The notes under the pieces: model-generated
Databases searched by the model: none
Told to the model about the DNA's origin: nothing
Seen by the model: the letters and a program-made list of their open reading frames with translations, nothing else
Virus record (IMG/VR): IMGVR_UViG_3300043009_000101
DNA: 48,863 nt
From: a virus
Taxonomy: Duplodnaviria; Heunggongvirae; Uroviricota; Caudoviricetes
Reading direction: 5' to 3' (one strand)
In this document: piece by piece, positions 16,927 through 27,812 of the stretch
Position numbering within the stretch: position 1 is the first letter of the stretch
How the letters are laid out: each line of letters opens with the position of its first letter
Position numbers and translations under genes: made by a program

Positions 16927-19035
16927 TTACAGTTCGATTGTGTTGCTTGCAGCACCCGCTCCGCCAGTAAGATTTACGGCTACGATTTTTACTTGAATAG
17001 ATGTTTTATCTTTCAAATCTGTCAAGAAAGCAGTATTTTCAGCACAGCTATATGTTCCATAGAGAGTATCTTCGCCATTTTCATTGACAATATAGACTTC
17101 ATACCCTGTTGCACCTGTTACAGATGACCAACTAATCATTGGCACATCATTAATTCTTGTACCACCTACTTGTGGCGTTCCAAGTGCAATTCCTGATTTT
17201 GCGGCTGCTTTTGTATTGATATCTCGCCCAGTCTGTCCTTCAACAAATGGAGCAATTTGATAGGTGTATGTTTTGCCTGTTTTATACTCAAATTCATCCA
17301 GATAGCTTGTTTCACCTGGTTCAGATACATATACCAAACTAAATGCTTTTGCTTTTTCATCGTAGCGATAAACACGGAATCTGTCTGTATCAGATTGGCT
17401 CTTCCATTCTACTTGAATTCCGGTTTCCGTTGTATTGATTGCATTGATACCGTATGTTGTTGCATAGTTGGAATAATACTCAGGCATTTCACCAGATGTT
17501 GTAGCACGCACAACTTGAATACGGTATGAGTAATTGCCATTCGTATTTGCATTATGGTCAGTAAACATATTGCCACTTACATTTGCAATCAATTCTTCTT
17601 TTTCACCAGCAGCTTTACGATACACATTGTAAGAATCAGCACCGTCTACACTTTGCCAAGACAACAGTGGTGAAAAAGAGTTTACACTAATACTCAGGCT
17701 AATATTCCCTAAATACGTTACTCGCTGCGGGTCAGAATAAGAGCCTTCATCTTTCTCGCCTTTGTAATTTGAATATGCCTTTACACGATAGTAATATGTA
17801 ACTCCTTCTTCTGCGGTACTATCTACAATCTCGTTGGTTGTAGTATACCCTCTGTCATCTTTTTCTTGACCATCATAAGAAATGACATCAGAATAAGCTC
17901 CATCTTTTTCTGTTGCCCTCTGAACACGATAACCGTCTGCATGGTCAACTCTGTCCCAAGTAATAATCAAGCCTTCGTCAGATGTATATGCTGTAATATT
18001 TGTAGGCTCAACTTTGTTAAAGTTCCATGCTTCTGCGGGCTGCGTACCTGAATCTTCTGTTTCATGCTCATCTAAACGAGGTGTTAACAAGTAAGAATAG
18101 TTGTTGTATTCAATCAATTCAATGCTCTGAATTTGACGGAATACATCTACATCGTACCAAGCACCGTCTGCCATACGTACAAGATTCCAACCATCTTCTA
18201 ATTTATTTTCAACACCAAATTTGTTCAGTAATTTCTGCATTGTTTTTGCAGTAGATACAGCATCACCTTGCTTGTTAATTAATACCGTGTAAACTGAAGA
18301 CTCAGAACCTTCTTGTGCTTCTACAACATTGGTTGTTAAATACGTAAAGATTCTCTTTACTTTATCAGCAGTTGTTGCATTTTCTAAGCCACTCAACTCA
18401 TTGTCAAGTAAACGGTCTACTTCTTCATTTACAGCAGTTTCTTCTTCCTTGGTTAAACCGTAAGTTACTGTATATGTGATTTTATAAACTTTATCATCAC
18501 CTAATTTTTCATAATAACTTACGTCTGCATTTACTGTGTCATCTTCGTTAGCGGTATAAAAGTTATCACACATGCCCTCTTTATAGCCTCTATAATAAAT
18601 TGTGAACTCGCCAATATGATTGTCCATCTGCTCCTGAACAAACTTCTTGGCTGATTCTTCACCACTAAACAATGTTGATTTGTCGCCAGCTGTTGCCTGA
18701 TATACTTCTGCATCTGCTTCTTTTTCATTGCCTAAAAGCACTTTGTAGAAATACGTACCTTCTTCAACACCATCAACATAAGAAGTCTTTCCACTTTTTA
18801 CAGTAGCCACCTTGGTATATTTACCGTCTGATTCTGTTGCACGCATGATAGTTACATCTTTGCTTTGCTCAGCGAATTCTATAACGATACTGCCCGCTGG
18901 ACCTCCTGTAACAGTAATGTTTGACAAAGCCTGCAATTCAACAGGTGTAGCAGCAAGGTACGCCGTACCTGTAAATGTTCCAAAAGAACACATTACGGCA
19001 AGTACTGCCGTTGTGATTCGTCTTTGTACTTGCAT
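16927..19035 (-). CDS. Secreted protein with fibronectin type III-like repeats and a degenerate transglutaminase-like domain
   Basis: Signal peptide; WDRVDHADGYRVQRA..., YYYRVKAY and WQSVDGADSYNVYR FN3 signatures; GWNLVRMADGAWYDVD TGase-like segment. Confidence 0.75.
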   Translation of the reverse strand: MQVQRRITTAVLAVMCSFGTFTGTAYLAATPVELQALSNITVTGGPAGSIVIEFAEQSKDVTIMRATESDGKYTKVATVKSGKTSYVDGVEEGTYFYKVLLGNEKEADAEVYQATAGDKSTLFSGEESAKKFVQEQMDNHIGEFTIYYRGYKEGMCDNFYTANEDDTVNADVSYYEKLGDDKVYKITYTVTYGLTKEEETAVNEEVDRLLDNELSGLENATTADKVKRIFTYLTTNVVEAQEGSESSVYTVLINKQGDAVSTAKTMQKLLNKFGVENKLEDGWNLVRMADGAWYDVDVFRQIQSIELIEYNNYSYLLTPRLDEHETEDSGTQPAEAWNFNKVEPTNITAYTSDEGLIITWDRVDHADGYRVQRATEKDGAYSDVISYDGQEKDDRGYTTTNEIVDSTAEEGVTYYYRVKAYSNYKGEKDEGSYSDPQRVTYLGNISLSISVNSFSPLLSWQSVDGADSYNVYRKAAGEKEELIANVSGNMFTDHNANTNGNYSYRIQVVRATTSGEMPEYYSNYATTYGINAINTTETGIQVEWKSQSDTDRFRVYRYDEKAKAFSLVYVSEPGETSYLDEFEYKTGKTYTYQIAPFVEGQTGRDINTKAAAKSGIALGTPQVGGTRINDVPMISWSSVTGATGYEVYIVNENGEDTLYGTYSCAENTAFLTDLKDKTSIQVKIVAVNLTGGAGAASNTIEL

Positions 19036-19193
19036 TAAAGAACACTTCCCCCTTCCTATTCGTATACCCGTGAATCATGCCTATTTCACAAGGTCATTCG
19101 AATCTTATATACGTTTTCTCAATTTCAAACACGAAAACCCATTTCCAGCAACCCAAATGAAGTTTTTAATAATTCTTTAAGATTGCTTTTTGG

Positions 19194-20114
19194 TTATTCA
19201 CCGTAATAGTCTCGCAACTCAACAATTAAGTTGGTATACTGCTTTGCAACTAAAATAGGTGCAAAATACTTAAAATACCGAACATACATAGGCGTACCCC
19301 AAATATTAGGGTATTGCTCTACTTCACATGCCGTAACTGGTCTATGCCAATTAATACAATCTATCTTAGATATTTTGACAAACTCTACAAAGCCTATATG
19401 TTGAGTTCCGTTTAGCTGAATATCCCGATAGAACAACTCAAAATGAGATTGGCAATATCGTTCCCCGTTACTTACATTATAACTCCCAACATACTGCTGC
19501 TCTTGACAAGGGCAATCATACTGCCCTTTCATTGGTATAGCTACTTGTTGCTGCCATTTTGTATATGCCTTGTACACTATGGTATCAGGTATACCCTTGT
19601 TCCTTTCCGATATTTCTTTAATAGGCGGATATTCCACTTTATCTATTACGAAATCGGGGGATGGCTTTCTGCCTACCTTGACTGGTGTATACATTCTGCC
19701 TGTAAGCTGATGATATTTTTGCTGATAAAGCAACAAAATCAAAGATGTTACAAAATCAAGACTTGCCTTATCAATCACTTTTAACTGTCTGCTTACTTTC
19801 TTATTTTCATGTGTTTTCTTCCAGATAACTACATCGTCCTCTGTCAAAGGATACAACTCAAAATAAGATTTTCCAGAGTCTAAGTACTCATCTCGCATAA
19901 CAAAGCAATAATAAACCTCAGGTATTTGATATTCCCGAGGCGTTCTTACCTTTGTAGATACCTCAAAAACATACTCTATTTCTTGTATTTCACAAACTCT
20001 TGACGGCCAGCCACGATGCTCTCCCCATTTTGTTACATAAGCCATTCCTTCTGGATTTACTACATTCAACATCTCTTTCAAAAGACATTCTGGATATGCC
20101 TGCTCATCCAGCAT
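19194..20114 (-). CDS. Hypothetical protein
   Basis: 306-aa ORF, GGAGGT RBS, overlaps the upstream stop. Confidence 0.75.
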   Translation of the reverse strand: MLDEQAYPECLLKEMLNVVNPEGMAYVTKWGEHRGWPSRVCEIQEIEYVFEVSTKVRTPREYQIPEVYYCFVMRDEYLDSGKSYFELYPLTEDDVVIWKKTHENKKVSRQLKVIDKASLDFVTSLILLLYQQKYHQLTGRMYTPVKVGRKPSPDFVIDKVEYPPIKEISERNKGIPDTIVYKAYTKWQQQVAIPMKGQYDCPCQEQQYVGSYNVSNGERYCQSHFELFYRDIQLNGTQHIGFVEFVKISKIDCINWHRPVTACEVEQYPNIWGTPMYVRYFKYFAPILVAKQYTNLIVELRDYYGE

Positions 20115-20676
20115 TCACATCACCTCCTACAACAAGATACTTATTCACTGCAACATTGGGCAAGTCCTTATCCGAATCTTCTGTAGGGCTGACAAGTTCT
20201 GTACCTATATAGGCTACTACAATTTTCTTCGTATTCTGGGAAGATACACAAACAACTGTATCCACTCCTGTGGAGGAAGTGTATCTTTCAGCATAATTCA
20301 GTGCATCGTTATATTCAGTAAAGGAATTCTTTCCCACTTCTATTATATCGCTTGTCAAGGCATTTACAATAAAATAGGTAGCATGTTCCCGTTCTGTTGG
20401 TCCAAATAAATCCACAACTACTTTTCGCTTTCGCCATTCTATAGCACCAAAATTAACAATGACAACTAAATTATCTGCAATAGGTTGCTTTAACAAATAA
20501 TTTCGCCAAGCTTCTACACTTTTACCTTCGGAATACATAACATATGTTTCATGGTTTGCAAACAAACCATTGGATTGTTCAATAATTTTTTGCTCAATAT
20601 CTTTCTCTTCGCAAACTATTTCAAAGCAAATATTTTTCACAGTAATCCCCCATTCACTATATGTAATATTTTTCAT
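20104..20676 (-). CDS. Hypothetical protein
   Basis: 190-aa ORF in the same run of genes. Confidence 0.7.
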   Translation of the reverse strand: MKNITYSEWGITVKNICFEIVCEEKDIEQKIIEQSNGLFANHETYVMYSEGKSVEAWRNYLLKQPIADNLVVIVNFGAIEWRKRKVVVDLFGPTEREHATYFIVNALTSDIIEVGKNSFTEYNDALNYAERYTSSTGVDTVVCVSSQNTKKIVVAYIGTELVSPTEDSDKDLPNVAVNKYLVVGGDVNAG

Positions 20677-20736
20677 TAAATTTGTTAAATTATATTAAAA
20701 TGAGGTAGTTGTACTACCTCATTTCTTATATGTTTA

Positions 20737-21564
20737 CTATTTATTCATGTTTTGCTTAAAATTTGCTAATTCTTGTTTAGCTTTAACCAATTCTTGTTTA
20801 GCAGTAGCCAAATTTTCCTGTGCTTTTGGAATACTCTTATTCTTTCTAAGAGAAATACCACTTTTAATAACTTTCTCTCTTTTTGCATCCGTATTTATAC
20901 GACGCTCATTCTCTAATTTTTGCAAATCATTCTGTATGTCTTGCAATTTATTTTTGGCTGCCGTAAGATTATCCTCAGCAGTATTTACATTCTGTTCTAA
21001 TTGTTTCTCTTTATAAAGAGCATTTGACTGGGCAAGAACTTCCTCTCGCTTAGCAGCCGCTTCTTTATAAGCAGCTTCTTGTGCCGCTTTATTTTCAGAA
21101 TTGATTTTAGCAGAAGATTTAAGTGCTAATTCTTCCTTACCGTTTACAACACTTGCAACACTATTATCTATAGGTGCATTGTAACCATCATACCCAGCCT
21201 TGCAAACAAAATTCAGGCGTTTATTTACTTTACGAATACGGCATACTCCTCGCAGCAAGCCAGCACAAATTGCAGTTCTAGGCACTGCTTCCATAGAAAT
21301 AATGTCTATATCAGATGCTGTAATCTTATCCTCAGCTTTTTTTGCATAATGTTTATTGTACTGATTTACAATAAACTGATATGTATCTCTTTTACTAATT
21401 GGAGCTGTACCCACAAGCCCCGCTTCATTCTGCCAATTCTTGTTGCTATTAAAAGCCATATCAATAGCACCAGACGTTGCGGAGGGTTTCCCTAGTTCCA
21501 GAGTAATGTCATCAACTGTTGTACAGTCATACAAGGCTCTTTTTTGAATATCTGTATAGGACAT
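20737..21564 (-). CDS. Hypothetical protein with C-terminal coiled coil
   Basis: 275 aa; Ala/Lys/Gln heptad-like C-terminal half. Confidence 0.8.
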   Translation of the reverse strand: MSYTDIQKRALYDCTTVDDITLELGKPSATSGAIDMAFNSNKNWQNEAGLVGTAPISKRDTYQFIVNQYNKHYAKKAEDKITASDIDIISMEAVPRTAICAGLLRGVCRIRKVNKRLNFVCKAGYDGYNAPIDNSVASVVNGKEELALKSSAKINSENKAAQEAAYKEAAAKREEVLAQSNALYKEKQLEQNVNTAEDNLTAAKNKLQDIQNDLQKLENERRINTDAKREKVIKSGISLRKNKSIPKAQENLATAKQELVKAKQELANFKQNMNK

Positions 21565-21566
21565 GC

Positions 21567-23876
21567 TTATTTACGCCCCTTTCTTGTATCTTTAATTTTA
21601 ATCGCACCGTCTCTGATTGCTTCAAAGGAATAAACAACTTGCTTATTCTGTGCATTCATAAATACATATCGTACAACTGGTACAGATTCAGCTGGTGTAT
21701 CCTCTTTCTTCTTTTTCAGAATCTGTTGATGCACTTCTCCTTGATACGTAATATACTCGCCTGTGGTTGTATCTTTGTATGCTTCACCCGGTGTTATCTT
21801 ATAGCATAAAGCACCATTTGTCATCGTATAGAAATTGTATGAAAAGTCATACCCGTCTGCAACTCTGGTTACATAATAGCAGCGATGTTTATTCTCATCT
21901 ACGCCTATATGATTAAGATAGATTAGGCCACTATCACTCATATAATACTCATTCTCTACCAAGGAAGTATATGCAACACGATTGCTTATTGCGGCTGCAT
22001 CTTTTTCTTTTGCCATTTGCTCTGTTACTTTTGGTGATTTACGAGTTAAGATAGTTCGCACATCTGCCTGCTGTTTAATGTCTTCACGAACATCATCTAC
22101 GGTTGTATCTTCGGCAACTGGTAAGTAATTACCAGCCAAAATCTCTTTTATAGGTAAAAGAAGTTCCTGTGCTGTACCATCTTCTTGGAAAATAGCCACG
22201 GTTGTATCGTATGCATCTGTTAAGTCATTTATAAATGCATCATTTTCAGCAGCAACTTCTTGTAAATTTAAGTTATGCAGTTCTTGTGCGAATTCTTTTA
22301 ATTCATCTTCTCTTGCTGCATCTACTTTGTATAGAGGGCGTGCAGAAATTTTACCTGTGAATTTACCCACTGTTAATGTACCATTATGAACAAATGTGTA
22401 ACGAGCATCTTTTACTAATCGTTCTTTCTGCACTACACCATTCGTAAAATCTTTGAACGTATAATATCTAAGTGCATTTCCATCTGGTGTTACCCTAGCA
22501 ATATTATTGAATACGTATACAGTATCTTGTTCCAATAATGCCTTAGCTGCATCAATATCACCCTGAGCAAATAACTCTGCCAGTAATTCAGGTAAAGTCT
22601 TGGCTGCTTTTTCATATTTTCCGCCAGAAACTACATCTGGTTTATACTGTAAGGTTCTACCTTCTGCTGTTTTCTTTAATTGATATGCACCCACATAATA
22701 CAATGGGCCATAAGCTGAATAATATTTATTTAAAGCAGAATTTGGGTTATTCAAGTCAGACAATTTAGATAATTTAGAACGAACAACCTTGTACTCTTTT
22801 GGCACGTCAAAATACCCTTTGGAATTACTTAAGTCTACAATCGTTTTTTCCTCTGCATTGTTTTCTGCAACCCATAAACGATATTTTACTTGTGCAATAT
22901 TATCTTTTACAAGTTTATCAAGTGTCTGCTTCTTATATTGTTCATCTACCGCATAACGATAAATATGGTCAAATACACTGTTTGCTGCCAGTTTTCCTTG
23001 TACTCTTGATTTTGTATGTACATTGTTAAAAGCAAGAATATGACTGAAAGTAACGTCTATAATACCCTCTTTTTTATCATTTGGCTGAGATTCATCAGAA
23101 GTTGCTTTCCTTTTACGTTTAACTTCTTTAAAATGAACAATACCCGTTCGTGCTTTTTTATCGAAAGCTTCAACACCTGTACAAACACATTTCTTATTGT
23201 CTACATAATATACTTTGTCTTTATTTCCTTTGTCCGCAGCATCTCCCTGTTTCCCGTAAAAAATTCTTGAAATTTTTGCAGGCGTAAGAATTTCATCGGA
23301 ATCATTTAATGCTGCATTTTCATCTGTATCGAAATACATACCGAATTCATATCTATTGAAGTTGTAAACATTTGCAGATTGAATGTCCCCACTTAATGCC
23401 ACATCATTTTCAACAAAACGAATTGCTAACAAATAATCTTGGTTGTGAATATTTGCTTTGAACAAAGTCATATACAGGGGTTGTCCATTTTCTTGCCCTA
23501 CTAGAACAGTTTCTTTCTCTATATCTTGTATACTTTGTCTTAAAGGTTTTTTCTTATATTTAAATGCCATAGCTTGCTGAATCAAGGGTGTCGGGTCAAA
23601 TTCTCCCAGTTCTTGTTTTCTCAGCTCACTTAAAGCGGCTATTTGTTTACTTTTAGAACTACTGAAAGTATACATTGGGTTATATGCTAAATCTTTAGCT
23701 GTGAATGTTTCTATACTATCAGAAAATGTTCTAAATTCATATTCGTTATCTTCATTCTTGCCGTTATATGTTAAAAGGCCATAAACAATTTTACCTCGTT
23801 TATCCCTTTCTGCCTGCTGATATGTGCAGTCCAGCTTTAACTTATCAGGCTCCACGGCAACTAAATATTCGCTCAT
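21567..23876 (-). CDS. Large hypothetical protein (769 aa)
   Basis: Long ORF, GAGGTG RBS; no motif recognised. Confidence 0.85.
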   Translation of the reverse strand: MSEYLVAVEPDKLKLDCTYQQAERDKRGKIVYGLLTYNGKNEDNEYEFRTFSDSIETFTAKDLAYNPMYTFSSSKSKQIAALSELRKQELGEFDPTPLIQQAMAFKYKKKPLRQSIQDIEKETVLVGQENGQPLYMTLFKANIHNQDYLLAIRFVENDVALSGDIQSANVYNFNRYEFGMYFDTDENAALNDSDEILTPAKISRIFYGKQGDAADKGNKDKVYYVDNKKCVCTGVEAFDKKARTGIVHFKEVKRKRKATSDESQPNDKKEGIIDVTFSHILAFNNVHTKSRVQGKLAANSVFDHIYRYAVDEQYKKQTLDKLVKDNIAQVKYRLWVAENNAEEKTIVDLSNSKGYFDVPKEYKVVRSKLSKLSDLNNPNSALNKYYSAYGPLYYVGAYQLKKTAEGRTLQYKPDVVSGGKYEKAAKTLPELLAELFAQGDIDAAKALLEQDTVYVFNNIARVTPDGNALRYYTFKDFTNGVVQKERLVKDARYTFVHNGTLTVGKFTGKISARPLYKVDAAREDELKEFAQELHNLNLQEVAAENDAFINDLTDAYDTTVAIFQEDGTAQELLLPIKEILAGNYLPVAEDTTVDDVREDIKQQADVRTILTRKSPKVTEQMAKEKDAAAISNRVAYTSLVENEYYMSDSGLIYLNHIGVDENKHRCYYVTRVADGYDFSYNFYTMTNGALCYKITPGEAYKDTTTGEYITYQGEVHQQILKKKKEDTPAESVPVVRYVFMNAQNKQVVYSFEAIRDGAIKIKDTRKGRK

Positions 23877-23969
23877 GTCTCTATCACCTCGATATTTATA
23901 CTTCTTTTCTAACCTACAAAAACAGAAAAAAGCAAACTGTAATAGTCAGCTTGCTTTTCTTATTTTATA

Positions 23970-24935
23970 CTAATCGCCGTATGTAAATGTGTATTTCAAA
24001 CCATCACTGGTATTTGTAATTGTCCAGCTTACAACACCTTTGCCTTCAATGTTTTCTGCTAACCAGGCTTCTGCTTCATCGGAATCCGTGAATGTTTTTT
24101 CTTTCACTGAACCAAATGAACCGGATTCACTGGAACTAGAGCTAGAACTGGAGTTTGAAGAATCCGATGTAGAATCTTTGTATTTCTGTCGCCAGTCACT
24201 AGAACTTGAAGAGCTAGATGAACTGGAAGAACTAGATGAACTAGAAGAACTTGATGTGTAAGAATCATCATCTTCATCATCGTCAGTATCACTGGAACTA
24301 GAATTATTCTGCAAAATAGAATAGTCTGTTGCGGAGCCATTTCCTACAGTCAAATATACAACGAGTGTACTTTTATTGGAATACACATCTGTTGCGGTAA
24401 ATGTTACAGGATATACCCCGTCATTGAACATATCAACTTCGGAACTATCAATATCTACATTGAAATCCGAATAATCTTCAATGTCTACCATATTGGTATA
24501 ATCATAAGCAACTGCACCTTTAACAGCTGTATGCTTGCTTTCTGTTTCTGTAATCGTAGGAGCTTGTGTATCTTCTACAATCAGTTTGCTTGTGGCTTCT
24601 TTGTTGCCTGCCATAAAATTAATTGTATATGTTCCAGCTTCAAGATAATCTTTTCCAGCAGTACGAACTTCTTCAGTCTGTGGGTAATATGTATATTTGG
24701 AATCGTTCTTTGTCAAAGTTGTACTCATACTTACCTTAGCAATATCTTTTTCAGACATAGTATCAGACATGAACATTTCTGGTTCCAGATACACACTATT
24801 TCCAACTTCTACTCGAACTTCCTCAAGTACATCTAATTTTGTTCCGAATAATACTTTATACCCGAAAACACCTAGAATCACAAGCAATGCAATTACAATC
24901 TCAATAATGAGAATCAGTCTTTTATCCTTCGTCAC
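23970..24935 (-). CDS. Membrane-anchored surface protein: N-terminal TM, bacterial Ig-like domain, Ser/Asp-rich linker
   Basis: Hydrophobic N-anchor, VEDTQAPTI...GVYPVTFTATD Ig-like motif, poly-Ser tract. GTG 24935 follows a GAGGAG RBS. Confidence 0.75.
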   Translation of the reverse strand: MTKDKRLILIIEIVIALLVILGVFGYKVLFGTKLDVLEEVRVEVGNSVYLEPEMFMSDTMSEKDIAKVSMSTTLTKNDSKYTYYPQTEEVRTAGKDYLEAGTYTINFMAGNKEATSKLIVEDTQAPTITETESKHTAVKGAVAYDYTNMVDIEDYSDFNVDIDSSEVDMFNDGVYPVTFTATDVYSNKSTLVVYLTVGNGSATDYSILQNNSSSSDTDDDEDDDSYTSSSSSSSSSSSSSSSSSSSDWRQKYKDSTSDSSNSSSSSSSSESGSFGSVKEKTFTDSDEAEAWLAENIEGKGVVSWTITNTSDGLKYTFTYGD

Positions 24936-24948
24936 AATACTCCTCACA

Positions 24949-25722
24949 TTAGCCCCTAAAAATGGCAATAATAATAACTATCGTAATAAATACGATAAAT
25001 GCACCTAAGAATACAACAAGGTCATTTTCATGGCTGCTTGTGTATGGAATAGGTTTTGCTTCTAAGTCTGCAAAGTCATCTGCAAACAAATCATCTTTGT
25101 TCAAAACAATAGGTTCATCTGGCTTTTCTGCCTCAACTTGTGTTTTCACTGGCTCGGAATATGCTTCCTTACTTTCTTTGCTAAGTTTTACAGATTTCCC
25201 CTGTTTTACTGCCTGTGGAATAGATTTCGTTTGCTTAACAACTTTTTTCTTTTGCTTCTTTTGTTTTTTCTTGGGTACAGGTTCTTCTGCAACATAATTA
25301 TGCTTGGCAAACGAAATTTCTGTACCTGTATCACCAAAACCAATCACAACATGCGGGTCGTCTTCTTCCCCTTCATCAGCGAGAATGTCTGGAATACCCT
25401 TGCGGTGTACTGGTGGTAAATCTTCGGTTTCTTGGTTCGCTCTGCTGCGGGTAAATTCTGGCAGCTCGCCAACTTTTTCAACAGTGTTGTCTACAACAGG
25501 TTCATTTGGCTCTTCCGGTTCAGAAGATATAGTAGGTGCAACCTGTTCAGATTCAACGTTGTATTCCTCTTCCTTGATAGGAAGTACTTCAATACTTTCT
25601 TCTGGTTTCTGCTTTCGATATTCTTCTTTGACTGTATTCACTACAAAATTTTTGGACGTATCTTCGCCTTGAATACTCTTTTCAATAATATCTGTGATGG
25701 TACTCTCTTTCTTTTCGGACAT
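24949..25722 (-). CDS. Acidic, probably disordered protein with a C-terminal TM anchor
   Basis: Glu/Pro-rich body and a terminal hydrophobic helix VVFLGAFIVFITIVIIIAIF. Confidence 0.8.
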   Translation of the reverse strand: MSEKKESTITDIIEKSIQGEDTSKNFVVNTVKEEYRKQKPEESIEVLPIKEEEYNVESEQVAPTISSEPEEPNEPVVDNTVEKVGELPEFTRSRANQETEDLPPVHRKGIPDILADEGEEDDPHVVIGFGDTGTEISFAKHNYVAEEPVPKKKQKKQKKKVVKQTKSIPQAVKQGKSVKLSKESKEAYSEPVKTQVEAEKPDEPIVLNKDDLFADDFADLEAKPIPYTSSHENDLVVFLGAFIVFITIVIIIAIFRG

Positions 25723-25795
25723 ACTTTTCTACCCCTTTTGTTTCTGGTACAATCATACACTTGTTACACAGAAATTGCAATATACAAAAATAGAT

Positions 25796-26107
25796 TTAAC
25801 TGTAATACGGCTCTATCCACTCAATTTTTGCATAAGTTGACTGAGCTATTCGCAATACAGAGAGAACACTCATCACTATGGTTTGTGTGTATATATCCAA
25901 TACCGAAGAATAATTGAACTGCACGGCTGGTATATTCTCATAGGTTAATGTTGCAAAACTCTTTTCACCATTCTGAGCAACAGCTATTAGAAAATAAACG
26001 GGTATGCTATCTAAACTGAGTACATACCCTTGTGATGTTCTACCATCAATCGTTACTTTCTGAGGGCCTTCCCATAATACTTGAATCTGCGGTTGAACTG
26101 TTTGCAA
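25796..26107 (-). CDS. Hypothetical protein
   Basis: 103-aa ORF, GAGG RBS. Confidence 0.65.
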   Translation of the reverse strand: MQTVQPQIQVLWEGPQKVTIDGRTSQGYVLSLDSIPVYFLIAVAQNGEKSFATLTYENIPAVQFNYSSVLDIYTQTIVMSVLSVLRIAQSTYAKIEWIEPYYS

Positions 26108-26151
26108 ACCTAAATCGCCTCACTTACTATTTCCTAATGCGATTTGATTTA

Positions 26152-26748
26152 TTACTTTTTCCAGGAAGCTTTTGTCCCCCAAGAACTGTATTTCTTTCTT
26201 TGTCTAGGTTCTTCTTTCTTCTCAATAGTTTCTTCAATAAGCTTCTCTGTTGCAGTTAATTTCTCACTGCTCTCATGAATCGTATCGGTTTCTGGTTCAG
26301 TAACTGCTGCACTTGGTATAGCTGTGTCTAAATTTACCAAATCAATGGTTAAATCATCTGCTTCGGAAGTTGTATCTTCCTCAGAATCATATTCCATATC
26401 CTCTGAAAATTCCATTGGTTCAGCATAGCAATAAGCTTCTTTTGGCACATCTCTGCTTACACGTATACTAGGTACATCACACCTGTACATGCATTCATAT
26501 AAAGATATGATGATAGACACCTGTTCATCTGGCATATCATCTTCCAATTCTACCCGATACGTCTGTGCTAAATATACTGGCTGCCCTAAAGTATAAATCA
26601 AACGCTCCGTTTCCAAACTGTATTTCTCTGTATATACCAGATTTACTCCGTCTATATTGACAAGCCATCGAAAATCCCATTCAGAATATACATACTTTGC
26701 AATAATCTGAATTGTATGACTAAGTTCTAGTGAGTATTCGTACTCCAC
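26152..26748 (-). CDS. Hypothetical acidic protein
   Basis: 198-aa ORF, GGAGGG RBS, GTG start. Confidence 0.7.
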   Translation of the reverse strand: MEYEYSLELSHTIQIIAKYVYSEWDFRWLVNIDGVNLVYTEKYSLETERLIYTLGQPVYLAQTYRVELEDDMPDEQVSIIISLYECMYRCDVPSIRVSRDVPKEAYCYAEPMEFSEDMEYDSEEDTTSEADDLTIDLVNLDTAIPSAAVTEPETDTIHESSEKLTATEKLIEETIEKKEEPRQRKKYSSWGTKASWKK

Positions 26749-26781
26749 ACATATACCCTCCTTCTGATTAACTATAATGAA

Positions 26782-27090
26782 TTAGTTTGTATATGTGTTA
26801 TAGAGTTTTCCACTAAAATGATTGAAGCCTGTGCCTTCTAAAACAAGACGGAGCTGCTTGAAAATAAATTCCTCTTGTGAGTTCACAAGTTTCTCAATTT
26901 TTGTACGTTCCGTTTCATCCGAATGGAGATAATGATTCAATTCTCCTTCTGGAATCTTAAAAATATGATATTCTGGCTTGTCTTGATTATTGGAAGAATA
27001 AAGTACATTCATACCATATTCTTCATCGGTATAGAAAATATGTCTGCTGCTGTATGCACGTTTGTATAAAATCATAAAATTCCATTCCAC
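26782..27090 (-). CDS. Hypothetical protein
   Basis: 102-aa ORF, AAAGGTG RBS-like sequence. Confidence 0.65.
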   Translation of the reverse strand: MEWNFMILYKRAYSSRHIFYTDEEYGMNVLYSSNNQDKPEYHIFKIPEGELNHYLHSDETERTKIEKLVNSQEEFIFKQLRLVLEGTGFNHFSGKLYNTYTN

Positions 27091-27179
27091 CTTTCTAAAA
27101 AACTTTCTAACTTAATTATACCATTTTAATTGTGTGTATAAAAGTAAAATCGAAAGTTTTGCATAAATAAACATAGCAA

Positions 27180-27812
27180 TCACCAGGTAACTGCTATGTC
27201 AATTTGTGTTGGATTTGTTAAGGCAAATGTGCCTGTATCACAAACAATACCCGTGCCAAGACTTGTTTCAACGAGTGAACCTCTTGGTCTTAAATTTAAA
27301 TCGGCTGCTATCATTACATAATCGCCTAGCATTTTTACACCGTCATCTCTTACCCAGTATTCATCTGTGTTGCCCATATTTCGCATAATCTGCACAACTC
27401 CGCTCATATCAAGGTTGTAATAGGTTTCCTTGCCACTTGGTCCAATGATTGTACCCGCAGAGCGAGTAAGTACTGCTCCGTTGTAGGTTTGAGTTTGGTC
27501 AGTAGAAGTTGTTTGTGTTTGAGTTACAGGTTCTTTACTGACAACATCTTCGGATGCGAGAACTTCGGAACTCGTTCCGCTGCCATGGGCTGTTTCACCA
27601 TTTTGAACAGATTTGGATAACAGAAAGACATCAGATGTATTTGCTACGGCTGAATAACCAAACCAAAGTGTCATACTGGCAACTACACAACATACAACCA
27701 CGGTTATTGCCTTAATGTACCCTTGCTGCAACATTATTGTAAATAAACTTGGGCCTGCTTTGTATGTGTGAGTGCGGTATGCTTTGTGTTTATTCAATTC
27801 TACCACCTCCAT
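27180..27812 (-). CDS. Membrane-anchored protein with a 3D-domain-like (peptidoglycan transglycosylase-like) C-terminus
   Basis: TM helix, Thr-rich linker, then IAAD...GSLVETSLG.GIVCDTG...IDI three-Asp pattern. Confidence 0.65.
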   Translation of the reverse strand: MEVVELNKHKAYRTHTYKAGPSLFTIMLQQGYIKAITVVVCCVVASMTLWFGYSAVANTSDVFLLSKSVQNGETAHGSGTSSEVLASEDVVSKEPVTQTQTTSTDQTQTYNGAVLTRSAGTIIGPSGKETYYNLDMSGVVQIMRNMGNTDEYWVRDDGVKMLGDYVMIAADLNLRPRGSLVETSLGTGIVCDTGTFALTNPTQIDIAVTW

